Origin: an uncultured Fidelibacterota bacterium
GTDB lineage: Bacteria; Fidelibacterota; Marinisomatia; Marinisomatales; Marinisomataceae
Length of the DNA stretch: 64,000 nucleotides
Direction of reading: 5' to 3'
NCBI GenBank assembly: GCA_902624575.1
Contig: CACNXV010000001.1
Location: 44,553 to 108,552, forward strand
The position numbers and the translations under genes are program-made. This document shows positions 8,835 through 19,608 of this stretch, one piece after another (positions within the stretch are counted from its first letter, which is position 1; the number at the start of each line of letters is the position of its first letter). Below the pieces are notes generated by a model. The model was not told where the DNA came from. It searched no databases and was given only the letters and a program-made list of their open reading frames with translations.

Positions 8835-10916
8835 CTACTTTTCTGGCTTGTCAGTCAATAGTTTAATACTAAAGTTAAGACGACCTTGTTTATCAATTTC
8901 AAAAAGTTTTATTTTAACTTTATCTCCGACACTTAGAACATCTTCAACTTTATTTACTCTTTCCCAAGCTAGTTGAGAAATATGTACTAAACCTTCTCTA
9001 CCCGGAGCAAATTCAACAAATGCGCCAAAATCTAGAAGCTTAGTAACTTTTCCATCAAAAACCGTTCCGACTTCTGGATCTAATACAACAGCTTTAATCT
9101 GTGTAATAGCATTGTCTAATTTTGCTTTATCTTCAGCAGATACACTAACTGTACCGTCGTCATCTATATTGATAACACACTCAGCTCCCTCTTGAAGAGC
9201 TTTAATGTTTTTACCGCCTGGCCCAATTAAAGCTCCAATCTTATCTTTAGGAATTTGGAAAGATTCAATCTGAGGCGCATATGGCGATATAGCGTTTGGT
9301 TTATCTATTGCCTTATTCATTTCATCAAGAATATGTAATCTGCCTTTATTTGCCTGTTCTAATGCGTTAGATAGGACATCCATAGACAGTCCTGGAACTT
9401 TTAAGTCTAATTGAATAGCACTAATACCATCTTTTGTACCAGCAACTTTAAAATCCATATCTCCTAAGAAATCCTCTGTACCTAAAATATCGCTAAGAAC
9501 AGCGTAATTGTCCTCATCATCCATAATAAGACCCATAGCAATTCCTGCTACGTGCTCTTTTATTGGTACGCCTGCATTCATCATAGCTAAAGAACCTCCA
9601 CAAACAGATGCCATTGAAGACGATCCGTTTGATTCAGTAATTTCTGATACAATTCGGACAGTGTATGGAAATTCTTCCGAAGAAGGCAATATAGGCTTTA
9701 GTGAACGTTCAGCCAAATGACCATGTCCAATTTCACGTCTATTAGTAAAACCAATTCTTCCTGTTTCTCCAACACAGTATGGAGGAAAATTGTAATGCAG
9801 TAAGAATGACTTTTTAAAGTCGCTTGCCATTGAATCGATTATTTGCTCGTCTCTACTTGATCCGAGAGTTAAAGCAGCAATAGACTGCGTTTCACCTCTT
9901 GTAAATAAAGCAGATCCATGAACTCTCGGAAGAATAGTTGGAACAATGCTTATATCTCTTATGTCTTCCAGTCCTCTACCATCAACTCTAACTTTTTTAT
10001 CTAATACAGTTTTTCTAACCGCATTTTTGAACATATTTTTAATATGGCCTTTTACTTCAGGATACATAACTTCATCTTCGACAAATGGTTCCAATGCTTC
10101 TTTTTCAATTGCATTGTATTCATCATCTCTTGCTTGTTTTGTATCCAACTCAAATATCTTCTCAATTTTAACTGAATAAGTATCATTAAGTGATTTTTCT
10201 ATTTCATCAGTAATAATTTTTGTATCAATCATTTCATAAGAATTATCAAAATTATCTGAAAATTCCATTTGAAGATCAACAATGTCATTAATACCATCCA
10301 TTGCAACATCGAGTGCTTCTAAAATTGTTTTTTCAGGAACAAAGTTTGAACCACCTTCAATCATACAAATTTTATCTTTTTTACCAGTAACCATAAGATC
10401 TAGATCAGATGATTCCATTTGCTCATGAGTTGGGTTTAAAACGTACTCTCCGTCAATTAAACCTACCTTAACAGAAGCTATAGGACCATCAAATGGTACA
10501 GGTGATAATAATAATGCTGCTGAAGCACCAATTGCTGCTACAACATCCGGCGTATTTACGCCATCATATGACATTGTTGTTAACATAATTTGCAACTCAT
10601 GTCTATAATTCTTAGGTATTAGAGGTCTAATTGGCCTATCAGTTAAACGTGAAGTTAAAACTTCAGCATCCGTAGGTTTTGCCTCTCTTTTAAAGAAACC
10701 ACCCGGTATTTTTCCACCGGCATAATGTTTTTCTCTATATTCAACCTGCATAGGGAGAAAGTCTATACCTTCTCTTGGTTCAGATGAACAACAAACTGTT
10801 GCAAGGATTGCAGTTTCTCCATAAGTAATAAATACAGATCCTCCTGCTTGTCTTGCTATTTGTCCAGATTCTATTTTAAGCGGTCTTCCCGCAATATTCT
10901 TTTCTACTTTTATCAT
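8835..10916 (-). CDS. pnp: Polyribonucleotide nucleotidyltransferase (PNPase)
   Basis: 693 aa with two RNase PH-like halves plus C-terminal KH and S1 regions. Sits in the conserved position after rpsO. Confidence 0.97.
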   Translation of the reverse strand: MIKVEKNIAGRPLKIESGQIARQAGGSVFITYGETAILATVCCSSEPREGIDFLPMQVEYREKHYAGGKIPGGFFKREAKPTDAEVLTSRLTDRPIRPLIPKNYRHELQIMLTTMSYDGVNTPDVVAAIGASAALLLSPVPFDGPIASVKVGLIDGEYVLNPTHEQMESSDLDLMVTGKKDKICMIEGGSNFVPEKTILEALDVAMDGINDIVDLQMEFSDNFDNSYEMIDTKIITDEIEKSLNDTYSVKIEKIFELDTKQARDDEYNAIEKEALEPFVEDEVMYPEVKGHIKNMFKNAVRKTVLDKKVRVDGRGLEDIRDISIVPTILPRVHGSALFTRGETQSIAALTLGSSRDEQIIDSMASDFKKSFLLHYNFPPYCVGETGRIGFTNRREIGHGHLAERSLKPILPSSEEFPYTVRIVSEITESNGSSSMASVCGGSLAMMNAGVPIKEHVAGIAMGLIMDDEDNYAVLSDILGTEDFLGDMDFKVAGTKDGISAIQLDLKVPGLSMDVLSNALEQANKGRLHILDEMNKAIDKPNAISPYAPQIESFQIPKDKIGALIGPGGKNIKALQEGAECVINIDDDGTVSVSAEDKAKLDNAITQIKAVVLDPEVGTVFDGKVTKLLDFGAFVEFAPGREGLVHISQLAWERVNKVEDVLSVGDKVKIKLFEIDKQGRLNFSIKLLTDKPEK

Positions 10917-10924
10917 TTTCTTCT

Positions 10925-11194
10925 TTATCTTCCTCTTATCGATAGCTTATTAATTAACTCATCATAACTATCTAGTTTAGTTTTTCTTAAATACTTCAAT
11001 AGCTTTTTTCTTTGTGAAACTAGCTTAACTAAACCATGCTTAGAATGAACATCTTTCTTATGTGTTTTAACATGCTCTGTTAATGACCTTATGCGGTCTG
11101 TTAAAAACGCAATCTGCGCTTCACTACTACCAACATCTTTTACGTCTAGACCTGCGTCTTTCAGTAAGGAACTTGTTTCTTTACTATATTTCAT
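10925..11194 (-). CDS. rpsO: 30S ribosomal protein S15
   Basis: 89-aa basic protein with S15-like sequence (GSSEAQIAFLTDRI..LTEH...HKKD.HS..GL), immediately upstream of pnp. Confidence 0.97.
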   Translation of the reverse strand: MKYSKETSSLLKDAGLDVKDVGSSEAQIAFLTDRIRSLTEHVKTHKKDVHSKHGLVKLVSQRKKLLKYLRKTKLDSYDELINKLSIRGR

Positions 11195-12134
11195 ATTTCT
11201 CCTTAAAAGTATCTATCAATTTAATACATACTTCTTTATCATTTTCAATTTGTTTAATAAGCAACTCTTTGCTATCAAACTTTTTTTCATTACGAATTTT
11301 ATCTAAAAATTCGACATATATGTTTTCATCATATAAGTTGCCGAATTTATCAGATAATATGTGAACTTCCATAACAAATTTTTTTTCGTTAAAAGTTGGT
11401 CTTATACCAGCATTACACATCCCAAAATACTTTTTGCCGTCGACAAATACTCTTGTTAAATAAACCCCAACACCTGGAACGAGCTGTTTATTAAAATTTG
11501 GAATAAAATTGGCTGTGGGATATTTCATTGTTTTTCCTCTTTGAGAACCTTGGACAACAGTTGCATCAAAACCATAAAATTTACCCATTAATTTTTGTAC
11601 ATCCTGCAATCTACCATCCATAATAAGTTTTCTAATAATACTACTGGAAACTAATTCATTATCAATTTTTCTCATAATTGGGTGATGCAGTTCAATATTA
11701 TTTTCTTCACAAAAATTCGTTAAAAAATTAAAGTCCCCTTCTTTTTTATGTCCAAAATAATGATTTGTACCTACAGAAATTAATTGAGGATTAAAAAGTT
11801 TTCTAATAATCTTCTCAGCAAAATTATTAGCAGGCATTTTTGAAAACTCTTCCGTAAAAGGTATTACTAACACTTTGTTTATACCTATTTCTTTAAAAGA
11901 TTCTAATCGTGATTCAATGCTTTGTAAGTTAACTGAAATTTTATCATTAAATAAAATGTAAACTGGATTTGGAAAAAATGTAATAATACATGAAGGAACC
12001 TTTCTTTTTTCTGCTTCCCTAACAAGGAATTTTAGTACATCTTGATGTCCCTTATGTACTCCATCATAGTTACCAACAGTTAAAACTGAGCTTTCTAGCT
12101 TTTTAAAGTCTTCAATAGATTTTATTATTTCCAT
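11184..12134 (-). CDS. ribF: Bifunctional riboflavin kinase / FAD synthetase
   Basis: N-terminal GNYDGVHKGH nucleotidyltransferase motif and a C-terminal riboflavin kinase region (KYPTANF). Confidence 0.93.
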   Translation of the reverse strand: MEIIKSIEDFKKLESSVLTVGNYDGVHKGHQDVLKFLVREAEKRKVPSCIITFFPNPVYILFNDKISVNLQSIESRLESFKEIGINKVLVIPFTEEFSKMPANNFAEKIIRKLFNPQLISVGTNHYFGHKKEGDFNFLTNFCEENNIELHHPIMRKIDNELVSSSIIRKLIMDGRLQDVQKLMGKFYGFDATVVQGSQRGKTMKYPTANFIPNFNKQLVPGVGVYLTRVFVDGKKYFGMCNAGIRPTFNEKKFVMEVHILSDKFGNLYDENIYVEFLDKIRNEKKFDSKELLIKQIENDKEVCIKLIDTFKEKYEI

Positions 12135-12763
12135 TCGCTCTTAAACCTGTCAATAGTTAAAGAATGATCTATATGGTGATCTCCAACAGATAATCTTGTT
12201 AATTTTGATAAATAACCAACTGTATTAAGCTTTTTAGCTATATCTTCCGCTAAAACACGAATATATGTACCAGAGGTGCATGTTACAGTAATTTTTAAAG
12301 AACTATCTGATATTGCTTCAATGAGAAGGTTTTTAATAGTAACCATTTTTGGATTAGTTTTTATCTCAACATTTTTTCTGGCCAATTTGTACAATCTGAC
12401 ACCATTAATTTTTCTAGCAGAAAACATTGGCGTTCTTTGAAGCTGTTCACCCATAAAACTAGATTCGCACATTCTAAGTTGATCATTAGAAATTTTAGGT
12501 ATTTCTTTTTCTTCAACTACATTACCAGTTAAATCCATAGAATCCGTTCTTTTTCCAAGTTCTAAAACGCCTTCATACGATTTATCAAATTGAATAATTT
12601 CAGAGAGAAGTTTGGTTGATTTACCAACACCTAAGACCAATACACCATCTGCAAATGGATCTAAAGTACCTGAATGACCAACTTTTTGATTTGTAATTCT
12701 TTTGACTTGTTTTACCACTGAAAATGATGAACAATCGTTTGGTTTGTAAATATTAAAAATCAT
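12125..12763 (-). CDS. truB: tRNA pseudouridine(55) synthase
   Basis: GHSGTLDPFADGVLVLGVGKSTK catalytic-Asp motif. Conserved position between rbfA and ribF. Confidence 0.9.
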   Translation of the reverse strand: MIFNIYKPNDCSSFSVVKQVKRITNQKVGHSGTLDPFADGVLVLGVGKSTKLLSEIIQFDKSYEGVLELGKRTDSMDLTGNVVEEKEIPKISNDQLRMCESSFMGEQLQRTPMFSARKINGVRLYKLARKNVEIKTNPKMVTIKNLLIEAISDSSLKITVTCTSGTYIRVLAEDIAKKLNTVGYLSKLTRLSVGDHHIDHSLTIDRFKSEWK

Positions 12764-13110
12764 TAATCAATCTTCTTTATCAATTTATCTATTTTCTCAA
12801 ACTGTTCAAATGAATCATCATAAAAAAACTTAAGTGTGGGTGTTGAACGTAGATTTAAGCTCATAGATAAGTTTTTTCTAAAAATTGGTACTAAATTATT
12901 TATTTCTTGATTGATCCTTTCTAGATCCATTTTTGGATTAATTACACTGTAATAAAGGTTCGCATGCTTTAAATCCGATGTCATTTTTACATTTGAAAAA
13001 GTTATAAAACCATATTTTCTAAGATCAAGATCTCGTGATATGATTTCATTGATTGTTTTTAATACTTGCTGAGATACTCTTTCAGCTCTAGAAAATGGTT
13101 TATTGTTCAA
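12763..13110 (-). CDS. rbfA: Ribosome-binding factor A
   Basis: 115 aa with an RbfA-like N-terminus (R..RV...) and conserved infB-rbfA-truB synteny. Confidence 0.88.
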   Translation of the reverse strand: MNNKPFSRAERVSQQVLKTINEIISRDLDLRKYGFITFSNVKMTSDLKHANLYYSVINPKMDLERINQEINNLVPIFRKNLSMSLNLRSTPTLKFFYDDSFEQFEKIDKLIKKID

Positions 13111-15452
13111 TTGTCTGCTAATGTTCTCTTGATTTCGTTTATTTTAAAAGCAACGATTCTGTCACCCTCAAAGAATTTTTTTACACCTTCAATGGCAATA
13201 CCGCACTCTAATCCTGTTTCAACAGTATTAACGTCATCTTTAAATCTTTTTAAAGATGTTATGCTTCCTTTTGAAATCAACTCTTCTTCTTCTCTGATAA
13301 GTCTTACATGACTATCTCTTGTAATTTTACCTGATTCAACTTGTGAACCCGCAATAAAACCAATTTTAGGAATCTTAAATGACTCTTTAACTACAGCAAC
13401 TCCAATAACCTCTTCAACTAAATCAGGTTTTAATAGACCTTCAACTGCAAGTTTTATGTCTTCAACAACTTGATATATGATATTATAAGCTCTTATTTCA
13501 ACATTATTTTGATTTGCTAAGAGCTTTGAGTTAGATGGAATTTGAACCCCAAAACCTATAACAACTGCGTTTGATGTTTGGGCTAACAATACATCTGATT
13601 CTGAAACGTTACCTACGCCTTTATGAACAATATCTACACCAACTTCATCATTATTGATTTTTTCAATACTTTGAATCAAAGCTTCAATAGATCCATCTGA
13701 ATCAGCTTTAATAATAATATTTAAGTTATTTATATCACCTTCTTTGATTTGTGCAGAAATCGTATCTAGAGAAGTTTTTTGAACCATTTGTAAATCAATT
13801 TCTCTCTTAATTCTCTGTCTTTCGTTAGCAATTTTCTTTAAATCTGATTCATTAGAAACTTCAGCAAATATATCACCTGACTGCGGCACTTGATCAAAAC
13901 CTAGAATTTGTACTGCATCGGAAGGTTTAGCTTCTTTAATTCTTTCATTTTTTTCGTTCATAATGGCTCTAACTTTACCTGGAAAATTATTGCAAATAAA
14001 TGGGGTACCAATTTTTAAAGTTCCTTTTTGTATTAATACTGTAGCTACCGGACCTAAACCTTTATCAAGCCTTGAATCAATTACAACACCTTTACAATCT
14101 ATTTCAACATTAGCTTTTAAATCTAATACTTCAGATTCTAATAAAATTGCTTCCATTAAATTGTCAATACCCTCTCCAGTAATTGCTGAAGTATTGACTG
14201 ATTGAATTTTTCCACCCCATTCTTCAACTAAAACATTCTTTTCTGATAATTCTCTTTTTACGATATCAGGATTCGCTCCTTGTTTATCAATTTTATTGAT
14301 TGCTACAATAATTGGCACTTCAGCTGCTTTAGCATGATTTATAGCTTCAATTGTTTGAGGCATTACACTGTCATCTGCAGCGACGACTAAAATAACAATA
14401 TCTGTGGATTGAGCTCCTCTAGCTCTCATAGCAGTAAATGCTTCATGTCCAGGTGTATCTAAAAATGTTATTTTATTTTCATTGTGTAAGACCTGATAGG
14501 CTCCAACTCTTTGAGTTATTCCTCCAGATTCTCCTGCAGCAACTTTAGTTTCTCTAATATAATCCAATATTGATGTTTTTCCATGGTCTACATGACCCAT
14601 AATTGTTACAACTGGAGCTCTTTTTGAAGCATTTGATAGCTCTTCTTCTGTGTGCGAAGTAACAAAAAGGTCATCAACAACTTCTTCATATTTATTTAAT
14701 TCAACATCATATTCACCGGCAATCAGCTCAATAACATCCCATTCTAAGCGTTGATTTACAGTTGCTAAAATTCCAATCTGCAAACATTTACTAATTACTT
14801 CACTAGTAGTCACATCTAAAACTTTAGCTATTTCATCAATACTTGCATATTCTGCTAACTCAATAGTTCTTTTTTCGTCACCAGAAAGATCTTTTGAATC
14901 TTTCTTTGCTTTTTTATAAGACTTCTTTTTTGGACTTGAATCCATTGAAGCTAATGTTTTTTTGAGTCTTTTTATTGCAGAACTGTCTTTTTTAAGCTCT
15001 TCTTTGTCTTTACGTGCTGTCTTTTTGTCTTCTGGTTTTTCTGGCTGCCTTAAAGATATTTTTCTTAATTTCTTTTTAGGCTTTGGCTCTACAGAAGTTT
15101 TTTCATCTGAAGTTTTTACTTTCTTGTCTAAATCTTCAATCTTTTTTTCAGCTTTTTTTGCACCACTTTTACGCTGATCTTCAACAGACATTATTTTAAA
15201 TTTTTTAACAGATTTAGTTTTCATGACTACTTTTGAATCATGAATCTCTTTTCTAACCTGCTCTTTTCTATCTCTTTCTGCAGATTGTCTATCTTTTGCG
15301 AACTCTGTGTAGACTAGCTGTTGAGTCTTACCATCTATCGGTGACATATGACTTGAAACTGAAATGTCTTTAGATTTAAGAAAATCTAATATGTCATTGT
15401 GTGATATATTTAGCTCTTTTGCAAGTTGAAATATTCTAATAGAATCAGTCAT
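13107..15452 (-). CDS. infB: Translation initiation factor IF-2
   Basis: G-domain motifs GHVDHGKTS, DTPGHEAF and NKIDK, with a Lys-rich N-terminal region. Confidence 0.97.
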   Translation of the reverse strand: MTDSIRIFQLAKELNISHNDILDFLKSKDISVSSHMSPIDGKTQQLVYTEFAKDRQSAERDRKEQVRKEIHDSKVVMKTKSVKKFKIMSVEDQRKSGAKKAEKKIEDLDKKVKTSDEKTSVEPKPKKKLRKISLRQPEKPEDKKTARKDKEELKKDSSAIKRLKKTLASMDSSPKKKSYKKAKKDSKDLSGDEKRTIELAEYASIDEIAKVLDVTTSEVISKCLQIGILATVNQRLEWDVIELIAGEYDVELNKYEEVVDDLFVTSHTEEELSNASKRAPVVTIMGHVDHGKTSILDYIRETKVAAGESGGITQRVGAYQVLHNENKITFLDTPGHEAFTAMRARGAQSTDIVILVVAADDSVMPQTIEAINHAKAAEVPIIVAINKIDKQGANPDIVKRELSEKNVLVEEWGGKIQSVNTSAITGEGIDNLMEAILLESEVLDLKANVEIDCKGVVIDSRLDKGLGPVATVLIQKGTLKIGTPFICNNFPGKVRAIMNEKNERIKEAKPSDAVQILGFDQVPQSGDIFAEVSNESDLKKIANERQRIKREIDLQMVQKTSLDTISAQIKEGDINNLNIIIKADSDGSIEALIQSIEKINNDEVGVDIVHKGVGNVSESDVLLAQTSNAVVIGFGVQIPSNSKLLANQNNVEIRAYNIIYQVVEDIKLAVEGLLKPDLVEEVIGVAVVKESFKIPKIGFIAGSQVESGKITRDSHVRLIREEEELISKGSITSLKRFKDDVNTVETGLECGIAIEGVKKFFEGDRIVAFKINEIKRTLADN

Positions 15453-16931
15453 TTATTGATTTTCCTCTTTGACTTCTTCTTTTTCTAAATCAGTTACTTC
15501 TTCAACTACTTCTTCTTCATTACTTGCATCTTCTTCAACAACCTCTTCTTGAACCACTTCTTCAGCATTACCTTCGTCTACATCAACATCATTTGAAGTT
15601 TCTTTATTTTCTTCAACAGAAATATCTAAATCTGCTGTCAACGCCTCAATATCGACTACTTCTTCTTTATCTTTATTGTGGGTTGTGTTTATAAAATGGT
15701 TAACTGCTTCACTAATATCATTAATATCTTCTGCTGATAGTTCTAAATCGTTTGTTAAGACTGATTTTTGTGCACCTAAATAATCAGCGACTGTTAAAAT
15801 CTCAAGATTTTTTAACTTTTTAGCCAAAGTCTTTTTCATACCTTCAAGTGATTCTAACGTTGTTTTTTGATTAATTAAAAGCTCATCATATTCTGACTTA
15901 GTATAAGCATCAATAGTAAATCCTGTCAGTTTTGAAGCTAGATTTATATTTACACCACTTCTTCCGACGGCATTTTCTAGACCACCTTCTTCAAAAATTG
16001 CGACACAATATTTTCTATCGTCATCAATATACAAGTCAACTGGCTTAGCTGGAGAAAGTGCTCTTGAAATAAATACTTCAGATTTCTCTGTGTAGTTAAC
16101 AATATCAATTTTTTCATTGTTTAACTCTCTAACAACAGACTGAATTCTACTACCTCTCATTCCTACACATGCTCCAACAGCATCGATTCTCTTATCAACT
16201 GAATGAACAATAATCTTACTTCTTTCTCCTGGCTTTCTAGCAATACCCTTAATTTCTATAATACCATCTTCAATTTCTGGTACTTCCATTTCAAATAGTT
16301 TATACAAGAATAAATCATCACTCCTAGAAATTAAAATATCTGGTCCTTTAGGTGTAACTTCGACAGACTTTACAAGTGCTCTAATAGTATCTCCTCTACG
16401 AAAACGCTCAGAATATATTTGTTCATTTCTAGGCATTCTAAGTTCAGTTTGTTCAATATTCACAAAAGTGTTTTCTCTGTGAACTTGATGTACGGTCCCA
16501 ATAATTACTTCTCCAATTCTTTGTACATAGTCTTCATAAATATACTGTTGTTGAACCTCTCTAGTTCTTTTATTTAAAAACTGTCTTGCATTTGCAACAA
16601 GTCTTCTACCAAATCTTGCTGGATCTATAACTTCAACAAAAGTATCTCCTAACTTTAATTCACCTGCTAAATCAGGCTCTAACTCAACAGCTCTTTCCAA
16701 GGTTATATCAAAATGATCATCATCGACTTCTTCTACAATTGTTTTTTCAACATAAATTTCAATCTCACCTTTATCTAGATTTACAATAACACTACAATTA
16801 TCAGATTCTCCTGTTTCTTTTTCAATTATAAACAAAAATAATTGTTCGATTATTGTACCAAGCTCTGAACGCTCAATGTTTTTTTCACGAGCAAGTTCAA
16901 TAAAAATTTCAATTAAATCTCTATTTATCAT
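15453..16931 (-). CDS. nusA: Transcription termination/antitermination factor NusA, with an acidic C-terminal tail
   Basis: NusA N-terminal, S1 and KH regions, immediately upstream of infB. The C-terminal ~70 aa are rich in Glu and Val. Confidence 0.95.
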   Translation of the reverse strand: MINRDLIEIFIELAREKNIERSELGTIIEQLFLFIIEKETGESDNCSVIVNLDKGEIEIYVEKTIVEEVDDDHFDITLERAVELEPDLAGELKLGDTFVEVIDPARFGRRLVANARQFLNKRTREVQQQYIYEDYVQRIGEVIIGTVHQVHRENTFVNIEQTELRMPRNEQIYSERFRRGDTIRALVKSVEVTPKGPDILISRSDDLFLYKLFEMEVPEIEDGIIEIKGIARKPGERSKIIVHSVDKRIDAVGACVGMRGSRIQSVVRELNNEKIDIVNYTEKSEVFISRALSPAKPVDLYIDDDRKYCVAIFEEGGLENAVGRSGVNINLASKLTGFTIDAYTKSEYDELLINQKTTLESLEGMKKTLAKKLKNLEILTVADYLGAQKSVLTNDLELSAEDINDISEAVNHFINTTHNKDKEEVVDIEALTADLDISVEENKETSNDVDVDEGNAEEVVQEEVVEEDASNEEEVVEEVTDLEKEEVKEENQ

Positions 16932-16951
16932 AACTATCCTTTAATTTTTTC

Positions 16952-16960
16952 ATTATAACA
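16952..16960 (-). promoter_or_regulatory. Possible extended -10 promoter element (TGtTATAAT) for nusA-infB
   Basis: The - strand reads tgttataat about 20 nt upstream of the nusA ATG, directly after the terminator hairpin. No convincing -35 element. Confidence 0.35.
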
Positions 16961-16962
16961 AA

Positions 16963-16980
16963 AATGGGCCGTAGCCCATT
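16963..16980 (-). terminator. Rho-independent terminator after the TPR-like gene
   Basis: Hairpin aatgggc-cgta-gcccatt. On the - strand it is followed by tttttg. Confidence 0.7.
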
Positions 16981-17027
16981 AATAAATCATCGAAATATAT
17001 TATATTAAATCGGTTTATACAAGCAAC

Positions 17028-17675
17028 TTAGTTTAAAGTCAAAGCTGATCCATAAACCTCTTCAAAAAGTTCATTATAAACAACAATACTATTGTCTATA
17101 GCATCAAGAATTGATAATGCGCGTTCTTTTTCATTATTTTTAACAAGTTTCTCTGCTTTCATTATCATTATTAACTTTTGTTCAGACGTAGATAATGCAT
17201 TTTTATGTGCATTATCAAAGTGTTTTAAGGCTTTTTCAGTATCATTCTCAAGCTTTCCTAACATCATATAAGCTTCTTTCTTTAAAGGCGCATATTTTAG
17301 TTTTTTAACACTCTCAGATACATACAATTTTGCCTTGTCATTATTGCCATTTAAGAATGCAGTTCTTCCTAAGTAAAATCTGGCTTGATGAGACGCGGCT
17401 GTACCAGGATATGTGTCTAATATATCTTCAAGCTGTAATATTGCATTATCAAAATCACCACGTTCAAAAAAAACCATTGCATTACCCAGTGCGGAATCTG
17501 AGGGAGTGGCTTCCGGTTCATTTGATAGAGAAAATGCCTGGAAAGTAACAATAAATACTATAGCGAATAAGAAAATAGGATTTAATATAATTTTATCAAA
17601 AGAATTGTAATCCTTGGTGTCTTTATATGAAACCTTTATAGGGGTTATTAATAGTTTTTTAATTTTGTCTAACAT
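17028..17675 (-). CDS. Membrane-anchored TPR-like protein (YfgM-like architecture)
   Basis: One N-terminal TM helix (ILNPIFLFAIVFIVTF) followed by TPR-like helical repeats. Confidence 0.55.
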   Translation of the reverse strand: MLDKIKKLLITPIKVSYKDTKDYNSFDKIILNPIFLFAIVFIVTFQAFSLSNEPEATPSDSALGNAMVFFERGDFDNAILQLEDILDTYPGTAASHQARFYLGRTAFLNGNNDKAKLYVSESVKKLKYAPLKKEAYMMLGKLENDTEKALKHFDNAHKNALSTSEQKLIMIMKAEKLVKNNEKERALSILDAIDNSIVVYNELFEEVYGSALTLN

Positions 17676-17678
17676 TTT

Positions 17679-18716
17679 CTACTTCCAATAGTTAAATAAT
17701 TTATAAAGTTTAGGCCTAAATTTAGCAGATAATTTTGCACTTGTAACCTTTTTATTTTTATCCTTTCTTAATAATTCTCTTTCATCAAAATCTATATTTT
17801 TGAAATTTTTACAATCATAAGAACAACAATCCTCAAATTTTAAAGAACATTCATCGCACTGAATAAATAAGATGTGACAAGTGTCATTTTTACAATTTTT
17901 ATGATTATCAGATGATTTGTAACATTGATGACAATGTGATATTACATCTCTAGTAATCCTTTCGCCAATTCTATCATCAAATACGAAATTTTTGCCAATA
18001 AAAAGCGATTTTAATTTATTTTCTTTTAGATCATGAGCATACTGAATTATACCTCCATCTAGCTGATATACTTCCTTAAATCCTTTCTTTAAAAGGTAAG
18101 AACTTGCTTTTTCACATCTTATACCACCAGTACAATATAAATGAATTTTTTTATTTTTATGTTTACTAAGCATTTTATTTACTTTAGGTAACAATTCTTT
18201 TGAAAAATGAGCATTAGGTGTTATCGCATTTTTAAATTTACCAACTTCACTTTCGTAATAATTCCTCATGTCGACAACTATGGAGTCCTTGTCTTGAATT
18301 GAACTATGAAAATCTTTTGGTTTTAAATGCTTGCCAACTACGCTCATGTCATATTCATTTTTTGATAACTTGTATGCAACTATTTCATCTTTTACTAAAA
18401 TTTTAAGCTTGATAAACGAACTTCCCTCTTTCAATGCATACTTAAATTTCATGTCATGAAAAATATCAATTTCATGAATATTTTTTTTCAAAATACTAGT
18501 ATTATGTTCTGGAATACTAATTTGGGCATTTATACCTTCGGATGAAACATAGACCCTTCCAAGAATATTCAAATCACTAAATCTTTCGTATAATAAATCT
18601 CTTAATTGAGTAGGATTATCAATTTTTATATACTTGTAAAAAGAACAGGTTTTTCTACAAAAACGCTCGTTCTCTAAGTCTTTTTTTAATTCAATTCTTG
18701 ACTTTTTGTTGAACAT
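17679..18716 (-). CDS. trhO: Rhodanese-domain protein of the TrhO/YceA (UPF0176) family, tRNA U34 hydroxylase
   Basis: Rhodanese active-site loop CTGGIRCEK and a Cys-rich C-terminal extension. Confidence 0.85.
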   Translation of the reverse strand: MFNKKSRIELKKDLENERFCRKTCSFYKYIKIDNPTQLRDLLYERFSDLNILGRVYVSSEGINAQISIPEHNTSILKKNIHEIDIFHDMKFKYALKEGSSFIKLKILVKDEIVAYKLSKNEYDMSVVGKHLKPKDFHSSIQDKDSIVVDMRNYYESEVGKFKNAITPNAHFSKELLPKVNKMLSKHKNKKIHLYCTGGIRCEKASSYLLKKGFKEVYQLDGGIIQYAHDLKENKLKSLFIGKNFVFDDRIGERITRDVISHCHQCYKSSDNHKNCKNDTCHILFIQCDECSLKFEDCCSYDCKNFKNIDFDERELLRKDKNKKVTSAKLSAKFRPKLYKLFNYWK

Positions 18717-18733
18717 AAAGAATGTTAATAGAA

Positions 18734-18767
18734 AAAGAGCCTATTAACAATAATTAATAGGCTCTTT
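18734..18767 (-). terminator. Rho-independent terminator
   Basis: Perfect 13-bp stem (aaagagcctatta / taataggctcttt) with an 8-nt loop. A T-run follows on the - strand. Confidence 0.75.
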
Positions 18768-18789
18768 AATTATATAGATTTAGTTATAT

Positions 18790-19542
18790 TTAATCTACTG
18801 TTGTACTTAATTCTGGTCTAAATCTCCAAGTTTCACTATAAACCCAATTCCAACCATTTCTAACTTTTGAATCTAAGTTTTCATCTTCAGCATACATTTG
18901 TTGAAGAACAGATTGAAATTCAGCCTGTTGTGGTCCGAGCATTTCAGACATTGTCATATGCGGTGTAGAATATGAATATACCGATACATTTCCACCTAAC
19001 GCTTTTGTCATAGCAACCCATGATCTACCGCTATCAGATTGTTTGGCTATTTCGTTAAATCTAGAAAAGACTGCTTCTGTATTTTGATTTCCACCCTGCT
19101 GTACGCCATAATAATATATGGTAATAAAGTTAGGTGGGCCTTGACCATCAATATCAGCACCATCTACAGTAGGCATGTTTCTACTTAAATCAGGTCTGAT
19201 TTGCCAAAATTCCATACCACCTACCTGCTCAATCATTGCGCCCCATTTGTCATATGCAACAGGCTCATGATTACTCATCGCCTCATATACTCCATCAACC
19301 ATACCTTGTGGTGTTGGCCATTGAGCTGCAGCAACTCTTACGTATTTTCCTGCGTTTGGTCCATTTACGATAGCAAATGTATTTACAGCTCCCATTCCTT
19401 TGTGAGCTTTATTGTGTTGAATCATTGCTTTTTCAAAGTCATTTACTCTTACACCGTCTTTAATACCGACAACACTTTGTATATGATAAGCTTGTCCAAA
19501 AATAATAGACGAAAAGACAAATGATAATAATATTTTTTTCAT
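18790..19542 (-). CDS. Hypothetical secreted protein (250 aa)
   Basis: Signal peptide MKKILLSFVFSSIIFGQA. No motif recognised. Confidence 0.6.
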   Translation of the reverse strand: MKKILLSFVFSSIIFGQAYHIQSVVGIKDGVRVNDFEKAMIQHNKAHKGMGAVNTFAIVNGPNAGKYVRVAAAQWPTPQGMVDGVYEAMSNHEPVAYDKWGAMIEQVGGMEFWQIRPDLSRNMPTVDGADIDGQGPPNFITIYYYGVQQGGNQNTEAVFSRFNEIAKQSDSGRSWVAMTKALGGNVSVYSYSTPHMTMSEMLGPQQAEFQSVLQQMYAEDENLDSKVRNGWNWVYSETWRFRPELSTTVD

Positions 19543-19608
19543 AAGTATCCCCTTCCTAGGTTGTTTTAAATATTTTATGAATATTTTTGATTAATTGTAA
19601 TATTAAAT

